In this document: in pieces, positions 47,211 to 61,444 of the stretch
How the letters are laid out: every line of letters begins with the position of its first letter
How positions within the stretch are numbered: the stretch's first letter is position 1
Assembly: GCF_964213995.1 (NCBI RefSeq)
Contig: NC_135834.1
Location: 11,222,001 to 11,286,000 of the forward strand
Origin: Mustelus asterias
Lineage: Eukaryota
DNA: 64,000 nt
Direction: 5' to 3'
Notes under the pieces: generated by a model
What the model was told of the DNA's origin: nothing
The model's input: the letters and a program-made list of their open reading frames with translations, nothing else
Database searches by the model: none
Translations under genes and position numbers: made by a program

Positions 47211-47294
47211 TATTTCAATGACCTATATAGTGACTGAATGATGCCCTTTGATTTACAATGAATGGTTTTATCAATACAACCCAATATCCTATCA

Positions 47295-47652
47295 ATCATC
47301 GAATCCCTACAGTGCAGAAGGAGGCCATTTGGCCCAGCAAGTCTGGACCAATTCTCTGACAGAGCATCTTACCCAGCCCCCCTTGCCCCCGCCCCACCTT
47401 TCTGTAACCTGTGCATTTACCAATGTTAATCCACCAAACTTACACATCTTGCGACACTAACGGGCAATTTAGCATGGCCAATCGACTTGACCTGCACATC
47501 TCTGGACTGAGGGGGGAAACTGGAGCACCCAGAGGAAACTCATGCAGACATGGGGAGAACGTGCAAACTCTGCACAGTCACCCAAGGCCGGAATTGAACC
47601 TAGGTCCCTGGCATTGTGAGGCAGCTGTGCTGAGCACTGTGCTACCGTGCTG
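47295..47652 (-). mobile_element. Full-length tRNA-SINE, inverted relative to the copy ~85 bp upstream
   Basis: Reverse-complement head GAGCACTGTGCTACCGTGCTGCC at the right end. Confidence 0.85.
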
Positions 47653-47924
47653 CCTGCACTACAGCTTCTCTACATTCAACACAAACCTTCAGTGATCTGT
47701 GCACAATAACACCTAATCTCTCAACTTCTTTCGGTAATGTTCCCTGCAAATGATACATGTATGCTGTGTTGGCCACAACCAATTTGTATGATAGCACATT
47801 AATCTAAGTTAAATGCCATTTGTCATTGTGTATTTAAATGTCATTTACAAGATTTTGATATCATCTGCAAAGTTACTAAACCTCAACATCACTGGTCGAG
47901 TGAGTGTTAATGGCATTCTTCTGT

Positions 47925-48228
47925 TTATTATTCTGCCATTCACACTCACTATGAACCAATGCTTTGTTTCTTTACTACTTCCATTGTCTTTTGTTCCATG
48001 ACATCCTTGTAACTTAATCTCTCCTGCCCTCCATCCTATCTTAGACCTTCCCTTTTGTTCTTCCTCCCCATTTCCAACAACATTGGTCCAATACCATTTC
48101 TACCACCCTTTAGTTCTGAAGAAGGCATATTTGACTCGAAACATTCACTGTTTCACGCTCCACAGACCTGCTGAGTCTTCCCAGCACTTTGTCTTTATTT
48201 CAGATTTCCTCAGGATTTTACTTTTAGT
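47925..48228 (+). mobile_element. Old PLE 3' end with degenerate hammerhead core
   Basis: AGTT-CTGAAGA-AGGCATATTTGACTC-GAAA-CATTCACT at 48112-48149, followed by GACCTGCTGAG..CCAGCA..TTCAGATT as in the 7717 element. Confidence 0.6.
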
Positions 48229-49491
48229 TAAGTAGGAGGGAGAAGTGAATAGAGGGTTATAATGATAAACTTAGATGAGAAAAGATGGGAAGAGGCTTCA
48301 GTGGAGCATAAACACCAGCATGGACTGGTTGTGCCAAATGGCCTGTTTAACTGCCTATGTAATCATATGTATAATGCCTTACAATGGTTAGCACGAAAGA
48401 AGCATTTTAAGAATTGCACAATTTACAATTACTTCCAGAGTGGAGCCTTGATCAAGGCAAGAGTAGGGCAGGCTTGGTGCAAGCCGGGAAGAATGAATGG
48501 ATTGCAGGCACCACAAGTGCAACATAGACTGGACTGGCTGTCTCAGGCATGGGAGGGTGAAGAACAGCAGGTGCTGGATGCCAGAAGGCTGATAGATGAT
48601 TGTGTCTCCAACTTCTGCTATTCTCAGGTTTTGGTGGGATAAGGAGGAATGTAGCATTGAATGACCTTTAGGCAGAAAACAAAATATATTAGACCATATT
48701 AGTGCAGAATTTACTGTTGCTAATATTAAAACGATAATCGATTGATTCTAAAAAGGGCTCCATTATTGAAACACGCCTTACATGCAGCACTTTCATAATA
48801 TGAGCAGTGTATGATGGGGGAATCAATGATTACTAATCCGTTTGAAAATAATTCCTTCAATCAAATAAATTTGAGAACCACTGCCTCAGATGTCATTTTT
48901 GGGCTCAAATCCCCAAACTCCGATTCAGAGGTGAGAGCTGCCACAGACACAGATGCTTTTAATCCTCTACTTATTATAACTCAAACATGAGAATTGTGAA
49001 ACTTTGCACAGAACATTTCCATTTCAATGTTATGTGCGCCAAAATCACAGATTTAAACATATAAACGGTATTATATTTTGAATGTTGTAACAAGATACGG
49101 CATTTTAAAAATACTGATGCTTGGCGTATTTTTAGTACAATATTGTGCGTAAGGTCCATCCTTTCCACATTCTAAAATAAAAAGGATACATGATGGAAGT
49201 GTGATATAAATTCTGCAGCAACTGCGGGCTTGGTCAAATTGCTTTTCTCATAGTCCGCATTCTGCAATCTCCGCCCTTACTGCAGATGCCTGCAGGACAT
49301 AGATTTCGTTATTCTTATACGGCAAACCCTATTAAAGCTTCCACTACTCCTTCAGCTTTTGTCTTTGTTTAACTATGTACAAATATTAAGTAGATGAAAT
49401 GTGAGGATTTTTCAGACTGTCACTTTTTTTTGAAGATTTGGTCTATGAAGGAAGATTAAGGGTGTGGCTGGACTGCTGGTAAAATTGAAGA

Positions 49492-49597
49492 CAGTAAGAA
49501 GTCTCACAACACCAGGTTAAAGTCCAACAGGTTTATTTGGTAGCAAACACCATAAGCTTTCGGAGCGCTGCTCCTTCGTCAGATGGAGTAGAAATGT
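49492..49597 (-). mobile_element. PLE fragment (family B) inserted in the gene 3 promoter
   Basis: 106 bp absent from the paralogous gene 2 promoter (27025/27031); shares ACAACACCAGGTTAAAGTCCAACAGGTTTATTTGGTAGCAAA with the 57064 and 59731 elements. Confidence 0.85.
49550..49586 (-). ncRNA. Minimal type I hammerhead ribozyme motif (PLE-type)
   Basis: Minus strand reads CCAU-CUGACGA-A-GGAGC-AGC-GCUCC-GAAA-GCUU-AUGG: stem I CCAU/AUGG, full core, 5 bp stem II, palindromic stem III. Confidence 0.8.
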
Positions 49598-49755
49598 GCT
49601 GGAGGAAAAAAATGTTCCACTTCAAATCTCAGCACTTGCTTAAAGCAAAAGGTACTCGCCCCTTTTCTAGTACATTCTGCAGTGCTTTTTTGCGCAGTTC
49701 CCGAAACAGGATTTGTACCGTTAAAGCTGACGTGTTTTTAAATAACGACATTTGC

Positions 49756-49857
49756 CCAATCCAGTCTGACTGACATCTTCTCCCGCCACCTCCTTTCTAC
49801 TTCGGAACCAATGTCAATGAAAGACTAGACTAAGGCCGGCCTCCATCAATATAAAAA
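49756..49857 (+). promoter_or_regulatory. Core promoter of alpha-tubulin gene 3
   Basis: Near-identical to the gene 2 promoter; CCAAT 49808, TATAAAA 49850. Confidence 0.75.
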
Positions 49858-49957
49858 GGTGCCATCCGCCAGCATTTCGCATTCGGTTACTTACATCGAC
49901 TCGTTACTGTCGGGCGAAGTAACAGTCATTTTCATCCGTATATAACTTGAAACAAAA

Positions 49958-53217
<3,260 letters not shown>

Positions 53218-55307
53218 CTTTGGATTCAATCCCATCCCATTCTCAAGCATGCATTTTGTGTCTTAAGCTCTCGGCTCAATTCATTTGAGTGTTGAACTAT
53301 GTATGATGTTACACAGCCAAGGTGTTAGAAATGGTACTGTGTGTAGTACATACCTATCTTTATGGTTGTCTTTGATCTCTGGTCATGTTTGATTATGTCT
53401 ATGCATAACCTTTTTAATGTTGGATGCAGTAAAGGAGCTTAAATCGTTTTGAATTTATTTCTGAATCAAAAGTAATCTCTGCCACCACTCACTTGAATCA
53501 TGTTGATATTTATCTTTATTTCACTTGCCTATGATTCATCATATCATTCATACCCTTGACTTAATCATGTTCAAAGTTTCAATTGACTGACGGCATTGGA
53601 CATCTCACTTTGACATCACCCTTCAATGATCTGCTTTTAATTTTGAGGGAATGCCTTTTTTTTTTTTGCACTCACACCAGATATTCCTACTTGGTGTATT
53701 TAAGTGCAGATTTAAGCAGTTAGAAAATATTCCTATCTTTCAGAAGTGATTGATCTTGTATAGGTACTGTGTTCCAAAAGCTGGAAGGAGCAGAAAACTG
53801 CCTACGTTTTGAGCTGGTGCCTTGGGTAGCAATTTTCTTTGTAGTGTTTGATAGGTCTGGCACCCAAAAGCTCCAGCAAGTGTCCAGTTTCTAGCTTCCT
53901 GGATGTAGGGTCCATTACCTGTACTTGCCATAGATTGAGTATGTCCGTTAATAAATTTCTGTCCATCTAGATGACTGACTTGGTATTGTCAGTAATTTTG
54001 GCTATTCTGTTCTCCATCCATTTAAGTTACTGACAATACATTCCCATAGGGAACATTGCTGTAACAGTCCCTTGTGTGGAACCATATCTGATGCTATTTC
54101 TCTTGCGTGTGTTGCTTAATTCCACTTCCCCCAACCTTATTGGGACTTATTAATTGTTGCGGTTAGATGGAACCACAGAAAAGGGCACTTGTCTTCAATA
54201 ATTTTCCATTTTGAGGATTGGGTGGTTAAATTCATTGGGAGGAAAAATAATGGCTTGATACTCAGTGAGAATACATAATTTAGAAAAATGATATTTCATT
54301 CAAAATATTGAGTCATGGAATTTGTATTAGCTACAATCCAAATTCTCTACCCTCCCCATATCCTTCAACTTTTTTTGTCCCAAGCATTTTGACTTCTGGC
54401 TTTAATTTGGGGATGGATAATAAATGCTGGCCTAGCTAGTGCTGTCCCCATCCCATGATTAATTTTAAGAGAAGCCACTTGGCAAGCCATTAAATGAAGC
54501 AAATATTTTTGTTTGATTTGATGTTTTTTGTTACTGGTGTGAGTAACTTGAAAACCAGAAACTTGTTTAAGGTTGCTAAAGCTATGCAGTCAGTCAGTAA
54601 TTCAGCTTTTCATTTAACTATGACAATTGCAGTGCAATGAATGTTCAAAAAGGAAGTAGTTAGTATCATGCTCTCAGTATCCAAAATAAGATCCTTGTTT
54701 TGCAAAGAGAGGTGAGCATTTTTCTTATTTTTAGGTTGATCTCAACAACTTTCAAAATGCCTACTTCCTTTATAGTGAGCAAGCCAGGAACGGGTGCTGC
54801 TGTCAGTTTTGTGTTGTTGACTCAACGTGCTGGCTCTCATGTACTTGGGTTTTGATGTCTTTCATACTGGTGCTAGTGTCTCCAGACTGACTTTCACAAT
54901 CCAGGTTGCACAACATTTAGGTCAACAGAAAATGCAGGTGCCAAGAGGATAAGTCACAATCCCACCCTTGTGCGCACTGCACTTGAACCTGCACATGGGG
55001 TGGGGCTGTAATATTGTCTCTTGAGTCTTGAACGATGCCTGGTACGTATTTTTCAGTCAATCATCCCTCGCATGCTGATTTTGTTTTCTTTTTTGCTTGG
55101 ATGCAGTTTTTATTTGATGCCAGTGACTCCCTGGTACTTCTTATAAATGTCTATTGATAGGGTTGTGAACCTCATCAGTGTTGGCACGAAATTTTAAGCA
55201 CAGTGGATTGAGATCAGTAGCATCACTCTGGTGATTGAGGTCATGTGAGGTCACCCCAATTGCTACCCTCTTCAAGATTTGCTAACTCAGCACAGATTGC
55301 AGATATA

Positions 55308-55401
55308 GGCTGGAATTCTCTGGCTGTTCGCCAGCAAGAACAGAGAATTTGGTGCTCAGCCAAATCTCAGTTCACTACAGCAGGACCAGAGAATCCCAGC
55401 T
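55308..55401. mobile_element. Small MITE with Harbinger-like termini
   Basis: Imperfect TIR GGCTGGAATTCTC / GAGAATCCCAGC. Confidence 0.45.
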
Positions 55402-55914
55402 GCAGATGAAGTTGGAGAATCCATTCTGTAATTTTTGTGACAAACTACAACCTGACAGAAAATTATATATAGTTGCAGATGCATTAGCATTCTTAGTTGT
55501 AAATCTGTCTAAATTAGTTTCCTCCACATCCGCAAGTCTTTTAATAGGTTGCTTGCTAATGCATTATTTATTTTAAGTAAGTATTTGCTCAGGCACCTTT
55601 TGCTTAATAACAGATAAGGAAAGTTTAATGCAGGTCAACTAAACTAGGTAGTGTGGCAAACATCAATCCATTGTGTGTTCAGTTAAGTTCAGTCTGTTAA
55701 TGTAATTTTGAAATGTATTTGTCTAGGTTTCAGTTCCCTCACCCTCACTGAGTGTGATTCCAAGGTTACCATGCCCTCAAAGCTCTGCAGTCCTGCCATA
55801 TCCAATTATCAATGGTGATGCACAATTAAACAACTAACTGGAAGAGGAGGCACCACAAACATTCCCATCCTCTATGGGGCGGAGTGGGGGGGGGTGCAGA
55901 ACATGGGTGCAAAA

Positions 55915-56665
55915 TAGGAGAATTTATAATAGAGAACATGGAAATGGCAGAGCAATTAAACAATTACTTGTGTCTTCATAGAGGGAGACACCTGTAACCT
56001 CCCAGAAATGCTAAGAAATCAAGAGTTTGGGAAAGGAACTGAAGAAAATTAGTATTACTAGAAAAATAGTGCTGGAGAAATTTATGGGACTGAAAGCTGA
56101 TAAATCCCCAGGGCCTGATAAACTACATTCCAGGGTACTAAAGGAGGTGGCCATGGAAATAGTGGATGTGTTGGTTGTCATCTTACAAAATTGTGTAGGT
56201 TCCAGAACTCTCTTGGCAGATTGTAGGGTGGCAAATGTAATCGTGCTATTTAAAAGAAAAGGAGAGAGGGAGAAAATAGGGAATTGTATACTGGTTAGCC
56301 TAAATGCTAAGAGTATTAAGAAGAATGCAATAACAGGACATTTAGAAAATATCAGTAAGATTGGACAAAGTCAACATGGATTTATGAAAGGCAAATCATG
56401 TTTGACAAACCTACTGTTTCTGAGGACGCAGCTAGTAGACTAGATAAGGGTGAACCAATGGATGTGGTGTATTTGGATTTTCGGAGCTTTTGATGAAGTG
56501 TGGGATTGAGGGTAATGGCATGGATTAAGAATTGGTTAGCAGACAGAAAACTGGAAATAAATGGGTGTTTTTTGAAGTGGCAGGCAGTCGCTAGTGAGGT
56601 CCTGCAGGCATCAGTGCTTGGGCCCCAGCTATTCACAATACACATCAATGATTTGGATTAGGGAT
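55915..56665 (+). mobile_element. CR1 LINE RT fragment
   Basis: LKADKSPGPDKLHSRVLKE, SQHGFMKGKSCLTNLL. Confidence 0.88.
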
Positions 56666-57063
56666 GGTAGAATATTATTTAAATAGTGGTAGATTGGGAA
56701 ATGTAGATGTTTTCCTCCAAGTCATAAACTATCCGTGCAGTAACATTCCTTCGTTGTTGGGGTCAAAACCTTAGAACGCAATAATAGGAGCACAATCACA
56801 AGATTGTAAGAAATAGGAGCAGGAGTATACCAACGGACCCATTGAGCCTGTTCTGCCATTTAGTAAAATCTTTGCTGATTGTGGCCTTCATTCCATTCAC
56901 CCTCATAACCCCGGACTTCCTTGCAAAAGAAAAATCTGTCAAATTCAGCTTTGCATTTTTTCAAAGATTCAGCCTTCACTGCTCTCCATAGAAGAGCATT
57001 CCAAAGACTTCATGATCCACCAATAGAAGAAATTCCTTCTCATTGCTGTCTTAAATGGAAGAC

Positions 57064-57497
57064 ATGATGTGGAGATGCCGGCGTTGGACTGGGGTAAACA
57101 CAGTAAGAAGTTTAACAACACCAGGTTAAAGTCCAACAGGTTTATTTGGTAGCAAAAGCCACACAAGCTTTCGAGGCTCTGAGCCCCTTCTTCAGGTGAG
57201 TGGGAATTCTGTTCACAAACAGAACTTATAAGACACAGACTCAATTTACATGAATAATGGTTGGAATGCGAATACTTACAACTAATCCAGTCTTTAAGAA
57301 ACAAAACATCTTGGATTAGTTGTAAGTATTCGCATTCCAACCATTATTCATGTAAATTGAGTCTGTGTCTTATAAGTTCTGTTTGTGAACAGAATTCCCA
57401 CTCACCTGAAGAAGGGGCTCAGAGCCTCGAAAGCTTGTGTGGCTTTTGCTACCAAATAAACCTGTTGGACTTTAACCTGGTGTTGTTAAACTTCTTA
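57064..57497 (-). mobile_element. PLE fold-back mini-insertion, family B
   Basis: 186 bp inverted arms 57104-57289/57312-57497 with a 22 nt spacer and a 40 nt unpaired tail; direct repeat CTTAAATGGAAGAC at 57050-57063 and 57494-57507. Confidence 0.85.
57403..57439 (+). ncRNA. Minimal hammerhead ribozyme motif (mirror copy on - strand at 57162-57198)
   Basis: CAC-CUGAAGA-A-GGGGC-UCAGA-GCCUC-GAAA-GCUU-GUG. Confidence 0.75.
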
Positions 57498-57758
57498 AAT
57501 GGAAGACCCCTTGTTTTTAAACTGCCCCCAAGTTCTAGATTCTCCCACGAGAGGAATCTTCCTCTCTGCTTTTCAAGCCCTCACAGAATTTGATCCGTTT
57601 CAATAAGATCACCTCTCATTCTTCTAAACGCCAATGAGTATAGGTCCAAACTGCCCAGCCTTTCCTCGTACAACACTTTCATCCCAGGAATCAGCCCAAT
57701 GAACCTTATATGAACTGCTTCCAATGCAAGTATATCCCTCCTTTAGTAAGGAGACCAA

Positions 57759-57860
57759 GGCAGGAATTTTACCGCCTCGCCCGCCCCGAACGGAATTCTC
57801 CGTTGGCCTCGGTCAGGATTTTATGAGCCTCACCCGAGTGAGGTCATAAAATCCCGGCCC
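57759..57860. mobile_element. Small MITE with internal hairpin (Harbinger-like termini); partial copy at ~21190-21246
   Basis: Termini GGCAGGAATTTTA / TAAAATCCCGGCC, flanked by CAA on both sides; interrupts a conserved CR1 motif. Confidence 0.6.
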
Positions 57861-58430
57861 AACACTACACACTACTCCAGGTGTGGTCTCACTTAAAGGC
57901 CACGTACAGCTGTACCAAGACTTCCCTTTTAAATGCCATCTCCCTCACAATAAAAGTATCATTCCACTCGCCTTCCTAATTACTTGCTATATCTGTTTGC
58001 TAACTTTTTGTGATTCATGTACAAGGGCACCCAGATCCCTCTACTGTAGCATTCTGGAATTATCCATTCAAATAATCTGATTTTCTATTCCTCCTGCCAA
58101 AGTGGACAACTGCACGTTTTCCCACATTATACTCCATCTGTCTATTGCTTTTGCCCACTCACTTACCTTTCTATATCTCTTAGCAGAATCTTTTTATCCT
58201 CACAAATTGCTTTCCTATCTATTGTATAACTGAACCATTCATCCTGACTTTGTTTCATGTCAGTTAACCAATCCTCTATCCATGTTAATATATCACCCTC
58301 AACACCATGAGTTTTCGTGCCGTAACCTTTTATGTGGATTGGAACAGCTTGAGAAGTTCCGCCACCATTTCTCGGGAAAGTTTGGATGGACAATAAATGC
58401 AGCCTAGCCAGTGTCATCCATATCCCAATA

Positions 58431-58720
58431 TGGTGGCACGGTGGTTAGCACTGCTGCCTCACAGTGCCAGGGACCTGGGTTCAATTCCACTCTTGGGTCA
58501 CTGTTTGTGTAGAGTTTGCACATTCTCCCTGTGTCTGCGTAGGTTTCCTCCGTGTGCTCCGGTTTCCTCCCATAGTCCAAAAAATGTGCGGGTTAGTTTG
58601 ATTGACAGGGTAAATATGTGGCATTACAGGAATAAGGCCTGGGTGGGATTGTGGTCGGTGCAGACTCGATGGGCCAAATGGCCTCCTTGTGCACTGTAGG
58701 GATTCTATTGATTCTATGAT
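58431..58720 (+). mobile_element. tRNA-SINE
   Basis: TGGTGGCACGGTGGTTAGCAC..GGTTCAATTCC..GGGCCAAATGGCCTCC..GATTCTATG tail. Confidence 0.88.
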
Positions 58721-59499
58721 CAAATTTTTTTTAAATTCCCTTCACCGTGGTCTCTATTCCATATGCAATTCTTCTTCAGGCTCATGGTTAAGGTGCTGAA
58801 TAAAATTCTTTACAAGTAACACAAGTTGAGATGGACTAGGATTATGTTCTTAGACTTCAGGACATATTTTAATTCAAAGTCAAAATACTTCTGGACTTTG
58901 GCTACCTGAGCACCGAGATTTGGCTTTGTCAGAATATGGCAGGAGTTTGTTAATCCACAAATTTAAATAGCCCTTTTTTACTGGATGGCTGCACATGTCA
59001 GCCTTCTGAATACCAAAAATTAGAATCTGTGAGTCAGGTATCTTGTCTGGGTCTAGCTCAAGTGTCAAAATGGATCTTGGCTCAATCATGACCATAGCAC
59101 ATATAAAGTGTAGTGGGGCTGCTATATCAGTAGGAGGAGCTCATGAGCTTTTCAGTCTTTCAAGGAGAATGAGACCAAAATTTGCTTTGTTTGTGATGCC
59201 CTTCAGCTGCTACCATGGACAAATAACCTGTTGACACTCAATGTCCAGACAAAACATAGTTAGTTGTCTATGTACATGTTTTTGACATGCCCATTCACTC
59301 ATTTGTGAAAAGACTGCAGCAAAAGAACAAATAATAGGCAATAGTGACATTACCAGCCTCTACAGCAGATGCTAGTGCCTGAAGTGGAAGAGCTGCTGCA
59401 TTTTCTAACTGCTGAGTTAGAATGAGCAAGACAAGGAAAGAGCTGTCTATGGCACACTCACCAGCAGAAAATGGGAGAAATTTGATTTAGCATTTATTT

Positions 59500-59935
59500 A
59501 TCAAGAATTTGAATTTCTATGGCACTGTATCAAAGATCTCCCAAAACACTTTATAACAAATAAGTTATTTTTGAAGTGTAATAGTGTGGGAAACGCAGCA
59601 GCCAATTTACGCACAGCAAGCTCCCACAAAATCAATGTGACAAAGGTTAGTTTGTCTGTTTTAATGATGTTAATTGAGGGATAACTATTTTCCAGGACAC
59701 TGGAGGGAACTGCCCTGTCCTTCTTTGATAAGTAAGAAGTTTAACAACACCAGGTTAAAGTCCAACAGGTTTATTTGGTAGCAAAAGCCACTTTTGCTAC
59801 CAAATAAACCTGTTGGACTTTAACCTGGTGTTGTTAAACTTCTTACTGTGTTTACCCCAGTCCAACGCCGGCATCTCCACATCATGACTTCTTTGATAAG
59901 TGCCATGGGACCTTTTACATCTACCTGAGAGGGTA
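59500..59935 (-). mobile_element. Deu-domain SINE fragment hosting a PLE hairpin
   Basis: GGAAACGCAGCAGCCAATTTACGCACAGCAAGCTCCCACAAA matches the reverse complement of the 18135-18180 block. Confidence 0.75.
59731..59887 (+). mobile_element. Short PLE fold-back mini-insertion, family B
   Basis: 57 bp arms 59731-59787/59791-59847 plus 40 nt tail; direct repeat CTTCTTTGATAAGT at 59720-59733 and 59888-59901. Confidence 0.85.
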
Positions 59936-60377
59936 GTGTTGTGTCTTAAAAATGGCTGGCTCAGTTGGATAGACAGCTAGTGTGTAGATCAAATTAATGC
60001 TAAAAGCCAGGGCTCCGGAGATGAGGGGTGCAAACGGTGCCAAACACCGGGGGCTGGGGGTTTGTCGAGGAGTCAGGGCTCATTGCGCTAAATGGAGTTT
60101 CTTGTTGTCCACCAGCCTGAGAGGCAGAGCTGCAGACCTGAAAGACCAACTTAAAATAAAATCAAAACCATCATCCTGAGAGTTCCCATTTTTGTTTAAA
60201 TCCAGTCTGTCGGGTCAGTTTCACTGAGTTGCTGTGCTGCTGCTTCATGGTTCCAATGTTTAAAAGCTAGTAAACCACAAAGCTTCCCGCAGGTCAACAG
60301 CAGCGCAGCAACTGAGAGTATTCTTGCTTGAAAAAAAAATGTGAAGTGAAATTTCTATTGAGAGACAAGTGGAGGCT

Positions 60378-60622
60378 ACGGGGGCCGGGTGGGGTGGGGT
60401 GGGGGGGGCGGGGGCGGGTGCTGTTAGGGAGATGATCATGGGGTGTTGGAAGGGTTCTGGGGATGCTGAGGTATGATGGAGGAGTGGGTGGGAGGAGGTT
60501 GGGAATTGGAGGAAAGGGAAGGAGGTTGGTGGTTGTTGGAGGAGTGGGAGGAGGTTGGAAGGGTGTTTGAGGGGTGAACGGAGGTTGTGGGGTATTGGAG
60601 GCAGAGGCGGGGTGGGGGTGTC
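60378..60622 (+). repeat. G-rich low-complexity tract with G-quadruplex potential
   Basis: Many runs of three or more G, e.g. GGGTGGGGTGGGGTGGGGGGGGCGGGGGCGGG. Confidence 0.6.
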
Positions 60623-61444
60623 ACTCTTTTGCTGTTTGAGTTTCTTATTTATTAATTACATTTTTCCGTTTTAGGTTGTAAGTTAATAAGGTAGAACACA
60701 ATTTGTATGGCAGTTTCTGGGAAAAGAGGAAACAATCAGTTCTTCAGTTAAGGCCCTGCTGAATTTATGTATAGTATCTTGCATCATTCAGTTCTAAAAA
60801 TATTCAGATCAACAATTCAAACTGAATTTTTATAAGATGCTGGGTAAATGTCTGATTGACAAATCCTGGAGACAGTGTCATTAGCATAAAATGAGAAGGT
60901 GCCATTCATGATATATTGTGAGTTGGTGCTTGAGAAGTCAGAATGGTAAGGTTGTATTCGCTACAGAGTTGAATTGTTTTGTAAATGTAGTGATTTCTTT
61001 GTTGCCGCTTTCCTAATATCAGTTAATTGCTCTGTAATTCATTATTCTTAGAGATTTAGCAGTGGGCCTCCAATTTCACTATTGTACAGTCACTCTGCCT
61101 ACTGCATACAGATATAATGAAAGAAATATAAAATCCACATTTATACAGCACCTTTCATAAAGTCTTAAATAACTTCACAGCCAATTAGATACTTTTGAGT
61201 TGGTATAATGTAGGCAGTGTTATCAAATGGTGAAGCAGGCTCCAGGGGCTTACTTCTGCTCCAAATGTATATCTTTGTATGTCATTCTGGATGAGTGAGA
61301 TGAGCTGGGATAGATGGCCTTAATCATCTATAATTAGCTTGCAGACAGAGAGTGAAATAATTACTGGAGTTTATTTTGTTGCGAATGAAAGTTTACTGTG
61401 AGCAGGCTTTGTGGGGTAAAATTGCTGAGACAGGACTGTATAAT

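Larger units (their letters stand above)
56805..58330 (-). mobile_element. CR1 LINE 3' part carrying two nested insertions
   Basis: AGGAGCAGGAGT 3' end, AAGATCACCTCTCATTCTTCTAAA, ACTCCAGGTGTGGTCTCAC; HGVEGDILTWIEDWLTD. Confidence 0.85.

Noticed and set aside
56969-57593. Two near-identical ORFs on opposite strands
   Set aside because: A direct consequence of the 186 bp palindrome.
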